From an uncultured Legionellales bacterium (lineage in GTDB: Bacteria; Pseudomonadota; Gammaproteobacteria; Eutrophobiales; Eutrophobiaceae): a DNA stretch of 63,883 bases. The DNA is taken from assembly GCA_913045195.1 (NCBI GenBank), contig CAJWQR010000004.1, positions 1 to 63,883 of the forward strand, read 5' to 3'. The translations under genes and the position numbers were made by a program. Shown one piece after another: positions 59,314-63,883 of this stretch. Every line of letters begins with the position of its first letter. Position 1 is the first letter of the stretch. The notes beneath the pieces are model-generated. The model was given only the letters and a program-made list of their open reading frames with translations. It had not been told where the DNA came from and made no database searches.

Positions 59314-60495
59314 ATGAGACCTTCAAATATAAACAAAATAACTCTGTTTAATTTAGGTTTTAGACCATTTTTTTTAGGTGCATCTTTGTTTTCAATCATA
59401 ACGATCATTTTATGGGTGGCAGTATATAATTATCAGTTCCCAATTCCGATTGAGAATATTTTGATATCTCAATGGCATGCTCATGAAATGATATATGGGT
59501 ATTGTTTTGCCGTTATTGCCGGTTTTCTCCTAACCGCAGTAAAAAATTGGACTGGTCTACAAACTTTACATGGAATCCCATTATTTATTCTTTTTATCTT
59601 ATGGTTAATTGGGCGTGTACTATTTCTTTTTGGAACAAAACTGCTATTAGTTGCTGCTTTTTTTGATATTACTTTTTCAGTTTTTTTGGGTTTTGCTATA
59701 GCTTTTCCAATAATAAAGGTAAAGCAGTGGAGGCAGTTAGGAATCCTATCTAAAATAATTTTATTTGCAGTTGGGAATATCTGTTTTTACGCCGGAGCTT
59801 TAAACTACCTTGATAACGGTGTACACCTGAGTATTTATGGCGGACTATATTTAGTTATCGCTTTAATAATGGTGATTAGTCGTCGGGTGATTCCTTTTTT
59901 TATACAAAGAGGTGTTGATTATAATCTTGAAATAATAAATTTTAGATCGGTTGATATTTTAAATATCATTTTCTTGTTAGTTTTCCTTTTTTCTGAACTA
60001 TTTCTTTCTAATCAAACACTTAGTTCAAGCATGGCATTTGGGTTATTTGTAACAAATACGATTAGACTTTATTTTTGGCATACAAGGGGGATATGGGTAG
60101 TTCCCTTTCTTTGGAGTTTATATATATCGTTAGTATTTATAGATATCGGTTTTTTATTATTCGCGATGATGCCTTTTCTTAGTATTTCAAAATTTATCGC
60201 TATCCATGCTTTCGCGTTTGGTGGTGTCGGCATTATTACATTGAGTATGATGGCTCGCGTTTCTCTTGGGCATACAGGAAGAAGTATAAAGACTCCTTCA
60301 AAACTAATTAAAAACGCACTATTTTTATTAACACTAGGGGCGATCGTTCGGGTTATTTTTCCCCTAGTAAATACAAATCATTATTTAATATGGATTTTTA
60401 TTTCACAAATTTTTTGGATAACAGCATTTCTTTTATTTGCGATTGTCTATATACCTATTCTCACTAAAGAACGTATTGATGGTAAATTAGATTAA
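59314..60495 (+). CDS. nnrS: NnrS-family heme/copper membrane protein
   Basis: 393 aa with about 12 TM helices. It contains PFFLGASLFS...WHAHEMIYGY...TAVKNWTG, typical of NnrS. Confidence 0.85.
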   Translation: MRPSNINKITLFNLGFRPFFLGASLFSIITIILWVAVYNYQFPIPIENILISQWHAHEMIYGYCFAVIAGFLLTAVKNWTGLQTLHGIPLFILFILWLIGRVLFLFGTKLLLVAAFFDITFSVFLGFAIAFPIIKVKQWRQLGILSKIILFAVGNICFYAGALNYLDNGVHLSIYGGLYLVIALIMVISRRVIPFFIQRGVDYNLEIINFRSVDILNIIFLLVFLFSELFLSNQTLSSSMAFGLFVTNTIRLYFWHTRGIWVVPFLWSLYISLVFIDIGFLLFAMMPFLSISKFIAIHAFAFGGVGIITLSMMARVSLGHTGRSIKTPSKLIKNALFLLTLGAIVRVIFPLVNTNHYLIWIFISQIFWITAFLLFAIVYIPILTKERIDGKLD

Positions 60496-60530
60496 ACAAA
60501 ATAAAATTATTAATAACCAATATACTTGAA

Positions 60531-60737
60531 TTAGCCATCAGGTTCTTTGTCAATCATAGCAGTGATCGCCCAACCAGTTTCCGGTTTCATCTGACCATTT
60601 ACAACAAAAACATGTAAACGTTTTTTATCATCGATTGCAAACATAGGAATAATATTTTTTTCATACTCCTTCAGGTATTGTTCAAATGTAAATTCGTCAC
60701 TTAGTTGAGTGCTTTTTATGTCAGCCTGATTTCTCAA
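60531..60737 (-). CDS. small hypothetical protein
   Basis: 68 aa with a TTG start, soluble-looking, no family recognised. FNR-like box G lies about 70 nt upstream. Confidence 0.35.
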   Translation of the reverse strand: MRNQADIKSTQLSDEFTFEQYLKEYEKNIIPMFAIDDKKRLHVFVVNGQMKPETGWAITAMIDKEPDG

Positions 60738-60807
60738 ACGATATGGAAGGTTACCGTAATCAACATCCTAACAATTAGGAAACTTCCTGTTTAGATTTGA
60801 TGATGTA

Positions 60808-60821
60808 CTGATCTAGATCAT
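60808..60821. promoter_or_regulatory. FNR-like box G, CTGATCTAGATCAT (2 outer mismatches), with an extra TTGAT half-site at 60797-60801
   Basis: The core palindrome TGATCTAGATCA is identical to that in boxes A, E2 and F2. It could serve either the minus-strand small ORF or the plus-strand GC-rich element. Confidence 0.4.
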
Positions 60822-60855
60822 TATTTATATTTTTTATTCACATAAGATTTGTATT

Positions 60856-61090
60856 GCAGTAACGATTGAATGCAGATTCTAGTGGCGCCGCGGGTAGCAT
60901 CGCAATATATGTACGGTGACTGGTCTTGTGTAAGCGGGTTTGCCCACCGTATGGTTCTAATTTGCTGACACTTTCCCTTGACAGCACCAGCGTTGCTATC
61001 AGTGGTGTCACGACCTTAACTCTGGCTGATGTTGGTGGTACAACCACCTCATCTCCTGAAGACTGATGAATAAAACATAAGAGAGATTTC
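60856..61090 (+). ncRNA. candidate structured RNA or leader (unclassified; strand uncertain)
   Basis: By hand count it is about 46% GC over 60841-61080 (27, 29, 30 and 25 G+C per 60 nt), against 23-28% in the flanking lines. Several hairpins are visible: TACGGTG/CACCGTA at 60912-60951, GCTGACA/TGACAGC at 60964-60985, CACCA/TGGTG at 60985-61007, and GGTGGT-aca-ACCACC at 61034-61048. I find no convincing ORF. Confidence 0.3.
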
Positions 61091-61093
61091 GTT

Positions 61094-61222
61094 ATGGATA
61101 TCAAGCAATCTAAATTAACATTTACTAAAAAGAATTTTAATACATTTTGGTCGAGAATGATTTTGAGTATATTAATAGGTATGTCTATTATTACTGTGCT
61201 TTTTTTGATCCAACATAACTAA
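61094..61222 (+). CDS. possible 42-aa single-TM peptide
   Basis: The sequence is MDIKQSKLTFTKKNFNTFWSRMILSILIGMSIITVLFLIQHN. AAGAGAG lies 8 nt upstream of the ATG. It immediately follows the GC-rich element. Confidence 0.3.
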   Translation: MDIKQSKLTFTKKNFNTFWSRMILSILIGMSIITVLFLIQHN

Positions 61223-61245
61223 AGTATTATTCGTGTATAGAAAAA

Positions 61246-63651
61246 TTAATTATTATGGTTTCCTTCTAATACCGCAAATTCTAGTGTTACTTTTTCCGGC
61301 GGCAAGCAAAGATCATTATTGCACGCTTGTAACTGGAGCTGCAGATCAAGTTTTGTGAACTTGGATGAATTCCTGTTTGAACGTGGCCATAAATTAGCTG
61401 TTAGCATTACGTTACCTTCGTAGAGCGCTAATGCTTCATTTTCAAAATTTAATTTCTTTATAGTTGGTTCTGGATATTTAACATTGCTTAGGGCCCAGTC
61501 TTCATTTCCATCTGCAATCGTTAGTTTCACTGGTATTAAGTAATCTTGAAGCGGCTTATTTGAGTTTATATGCCAGTCTGAAGCTATTTTTAATTTTATT
61601 TGAAGAGTTTTATTTGAGTCTTGAAATTGAGATTTAATTTTTATAGATCCTCGACCGGCATAATCAATAGAACCAGAAATACCGTTAATATATTCATCTA
61701 TCGCAGAAAGCATATAGGGGTAACTATCAGGTCTTTTGTCAATATCAAATGAAAAACTATTTAACATCTGACTAACATAATCCTGATATTGATAATTAAA
61801 AACACGCTGTGAAAGTTTAATCAAAACATGCATCGCTATGGAATTTCCTGAAGGTATAGCATGATCATAAATATCAATTGGCTGTATAAAAAGTGATTCT
61901 TCAGTACCCATTCTAAAAATACCCCCTTCGCTATCCCAAAATTTATCGATCATGGCGTCTGTTAATAATATAGCCCTGTCTAACCAAACTTGTTCCCCTG
62001 TAACATCATAAAGCGTAATCATTGCCTCTGAAAAACTGGCGTAGTCTTCCTGTGCGGCAGGAATTGAAATACTTCCGTTTAAATTCACTCGCCATAATTG
62101 ATGGTCTGCAGTTAGTTGTTTATCCCATAAATATTCAGCCGATCTTTTTGCGGCGACAAGATAATCATCCTTATTTAAAACTTGCGACGCTTTAGCCAAC
62201 GCAGTAATAACGAAGCCATTCCAAACAACAATTATCTTGTCATCTCGAAGAGGTTTGCTGCGTTTATCACGGATTTTTTTTAAATTACCCCTTATAAATT
62301 CAATTCTTTCTGATAAATTATTTGCTCTTGAGTTTTTTATTTCAAACTCTTCATGTGAAACCGGCATAAAAAGAATGTTTTTGCCATTGAAATTACCTGT
62401 ATTAGTTATACCAAAATATTCAAAGACTAATTTTGTATCTTCAGGATTAAGTAAGGATTTGATTTCATCAGATGACCAAATAAAATAAGCACCTTCCATT
62501 TCCTCGCTATCAGCATCTGTTGCCGAGTAATAAACGCCCTCGGGAGACATCATGTCATCCAGCACATAATCTAGAATTTGCTGTGAGATTCTCCTATAGA
62601 ATTGCTTACCTGTAAGGTGATATGCATAAAGATATACCCGCGCTAAATTTGCCTGGTTATATAGCATCTTCTCAAAATGTGGTATTTGCCATTCTGCGTC
62701 AGTTGAATAGCGATGAAAACCGCCGCCGATCTGATCATAAATTCCGCCCTGGGCCATTTTTTCTAAAGTGTGTTCAACCATTGTAAGTATTTCCTCATTA
62801 CCTTTGCGCTCTACCATTTGCAATAAAAATAGTAAATTTGTTTCATTAGGAAATTTTATCGGCCCATCAAATCCTCCATTTAATGGATCGTAACGATGCA
62901 AAATATTTTCCGATGCCTTGCGTAATACACTTTCATCGATGGTTGTTATTTCATTTCTTATTTTCATTCTTTCGTGTACGGCAATTGATAGTTCATTGGC
63001 GCTAAGAATAATTTTTTCTTGCTCATACTCCCATGTATGAGTAATACTTTTTAATAAACTAAGAAATTGATCTGGGGGTAGATAAATTTCAGAATAAAAA
63101 GGATGCCCATTGGCTAGCAAAAAGCTTGAAATTGGCCATCCTCCACTCCCTTTTATCAACTCAACAACGGTCATATATAGTTTATCAACATCGGGGCGCC
63201 GTTCCCGATCTACTTTGATAGCGATAAAGTTTTCGTTTAAGTATCGTGCTATTTCAATATCATCAAAGCTTTCTCTTTCCATAACATGACACCAATGACA
63301 AGTTGAGTAGCCTATAGAAAGAAAAATGGGTTTATTTAACTTCTTAGCAAGTGCAAAAGCTTCATCGTTCCATGAATACCAATTAACAGGATTATGCGCA
63401 TGCTGTAATAAATAAGGTGATTCCTCGAAAATTAATCGATTGGTATAAAGTGGTTGGTTATTTTTGTCTAGATGTTTAGTTCTTAAAGGATACTTTGTTT
63501 TCATGCTGTCGACAGATTTTTGTAAATTGTTTTGATACTCATTTGAAAATTTTTCAGCTCCTGGTAAATTTTCTGCATATGATATGTTAAACGGAAATAT
63601 CCAAATTAGATAATTGATTATTATACTTAGAATAAAAGTTGATACTTTCAT
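61246..63651 (-). CDS. periplasmic thioredoxin-domain protein (DUF255/YyaL-like with a six-hairpin domain) fused to a C-terminal DsbD-alpha-like domain
   Basis: It has a signal peptide and the DUF255 motif [17 protein letters not shown]. The long alpha/alpha-toroid-like middle contains [15 protein letters not shown]. The C-terminus ...[15 protein letters not shown] resembles the DsbD N-terminal domain Cys motif. Confidence 0.75.
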   Translation of the reverse strand: MKVSTFILSIIINYLIWIFPFNISYAENLPGAEKFSNEYQNNLQKSVDSMKTKYPLRTKHLDKNNQPLYTNRLIFEESPYLLQHAHNPVNWYSWNDEAFALAKKLNKPIFLSIGYSTCHWCHVMERESFDDIEIARYLNENFIAIKVDRERRPDVDKLYMTVVELIKGSGGWPISSFLLANGHPFYSEIYLPPDQFLSLLKSITHTWEYEQEKIILSANELSIAVHERMKIRNEITTIDESVLRKASENILHRYDPLNGGFDGPIKFPNETNLLFLLQMVERKGNEEILTMVEHTLEKMAQGGIYDQIGGGFHRYSTDAEWQIPHFEKMLYNQANLARVYLYAYHLTGKQFYRRISQQILDYVLDDMMSPEGVYYSATDADSEEMEGAYFIWSSDEIKSLLNPEDTKLVFEYFGITNTGNFNGKNILFMPVSHEEFEIKNSRANNLSERIEFIRGNLKKIRDKRSKPLRDDKIIVVWNGFVITALAKASQVLNKDDYLVAAKRSAEYLWDKQLTADHQLWRVNLNGSISIPAAQEDYASFSEAMITLYDVTGEQVWLDRAILLTDAMIDKFWDSEGGIFRMGTEESLFIQPIDIYDHAIPSGNSIAMHVLIKLSQRVFNYQYQDYVSQMLNSFSFDIDKRPDSYPYMLSAIDEYINGISGSIDYAGRGSIKIKSQFQDSNKTLQIKLKIASDWHINSNKPLQDYLIPVKLTIADGNEDWALSNVKYPEPTIKKLNFENEALALYEGNVMLTANLWPRSNRNSSKFTKLDLQLQLQACNNDLCLPPEKVTLEFAVLEGNHNN

Positions 63652-63709
63652 GTGATTACTCGAATCTGAAAAATCATACTAAATTTATAACTAATTTAGT
63701 GCTAAAAAT

Positions 63710-63723
63710 TTGATCTGGATCAG
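63710..63723. promoter_or_regulatory. FNR box H, TTGATCTGGATCAG (1 mismatch), divergent region
   Basis: It is centred about 65 nt upstream of the ATG at 63651 (minus strand) and about 85 nt upstream of the ATG at 63802 (plus strand). Confidence 0.5.
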
Positions 63724-63801
63724 CGTTTAACTTAGTAATATCTGATTTAATTCACTTAGTCATACTTAACTTCTAATAATTAATCAAGACAGAGAAAAGA
63801 C

Positions 63802-63883
63802 ATGAATCAGGATAATTTTAATATTGAGATTCGTCAATTTCCAAAAAAAGTAGGAGTTACATCTCAAAGAGAAATCACGAATA
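63802..63883 (+). CDS. 5' end of an unidentified gene (runs off the window)
   Basis: The frame from ATG 63802 is open to the window end: MNQDNFNIEIRQFPKKVGVTSQREITN.... AGAGAAAAG lies upstream. The fragment is too short to name. Confidence 0.4.
   Translation, partial: MNQDNFNIEIRQFPKKVGVTSQREITN

Noticed and set aside
60850-61090. Cobalamin, ZTP, c-di-GMP-I or guanidine-I riboswitch, or a tRNA-like element
   Set aside because: I found only fragments: AAGGGAA and GCCACT-like strings and GGTCGTGAC on the minus strand, GGGCAAACC, and GGTTCTAAT. The remaining conserved cores of each class (B12 box, CCGCCTGGGC, GGACGCAAAGCC, the full T-arm) are absent as far as I can tell by eye. This needs an Infernal scan.
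60838-61104. 88-aa minus-strand ORF as a protein-coding gene
   Set aside because: It has a TTG start and no Shine-Dalgarno sequence, and I recognise no domain. The open frame is explained by the locally high GC content, so I treated the region as a candidate structured RNA instead.
33951-63723. The recurring GATC-containing palindromes as terminal inverted repeats of a MITE or IS, or as island boundaries
   Set aside because: They are single 14-bp dyads, not paired ends with target duplications. They fit the FNR consensus, sit at promoter distances from gene starts, and no transposase or integrase is present.

Overview
AT-rich chromosomal window with gammaproteobacterial-type gene order. I recognised no rRNA, tRNA, CRISPR array, transposase or integrase. 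The left half (1-33 kb) is housekeeping: a partial NhaP-type antiporter, DUF368, hemE, gltBD, aroK-aroB with a dGTPase and a DamX-like SPOR protein, pilMNOPQ divergent from mrcA, priA, argS, thiSG, trmB and cysQ. The right half (33.1-63.9 kb) is organised around an FNR-type regulator (33099-33878). At least 11 TTGAT-N4-ATCAA boxes sit in nearly every promoter-bearing intergenic region there. They precede fnr itself, two convergent multiheme operons, a small Cys protein plus a UbiH-like monooxygenase, ompW, phyH-hemN, a TonB-dependent receptor plus nnrS, a GC-rich structured element, a periplasmic DUF255 thioredoxin protein and the last partial gene. An aa3-type cox operon (47.3-53.3 kb) lies in the middle of this region. 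The stand-out locus is 34.3-45.5 kb. It holds seven genes in two convergent FNR-box operons: a cNMP-binding/four-cluster ferredoxin fusion, a 5-TM protein with two H-x13-H pairs, an inner-membrane-anchored 10-CxxCH cytochrome with a duplicated cytoplasmic Cys motif, a membrane-anchored FAD/NAD(P)H/2Fe-2S reductase, 4- and 5-CxxCH secreted cytochromes, and a 790-aa outer-membrane barrel-like protein with duplicated NTF2-like domains. I read this as a candidate, unclassified cytoplasm-to-outer-membrane electron conduit. All calls come from reading the ORF translations and DNA by eye, with no database search. Coordinates of features not in the ORF track were indexed by hand against neighbouring ORF ends and may be off by 1-2 nt.
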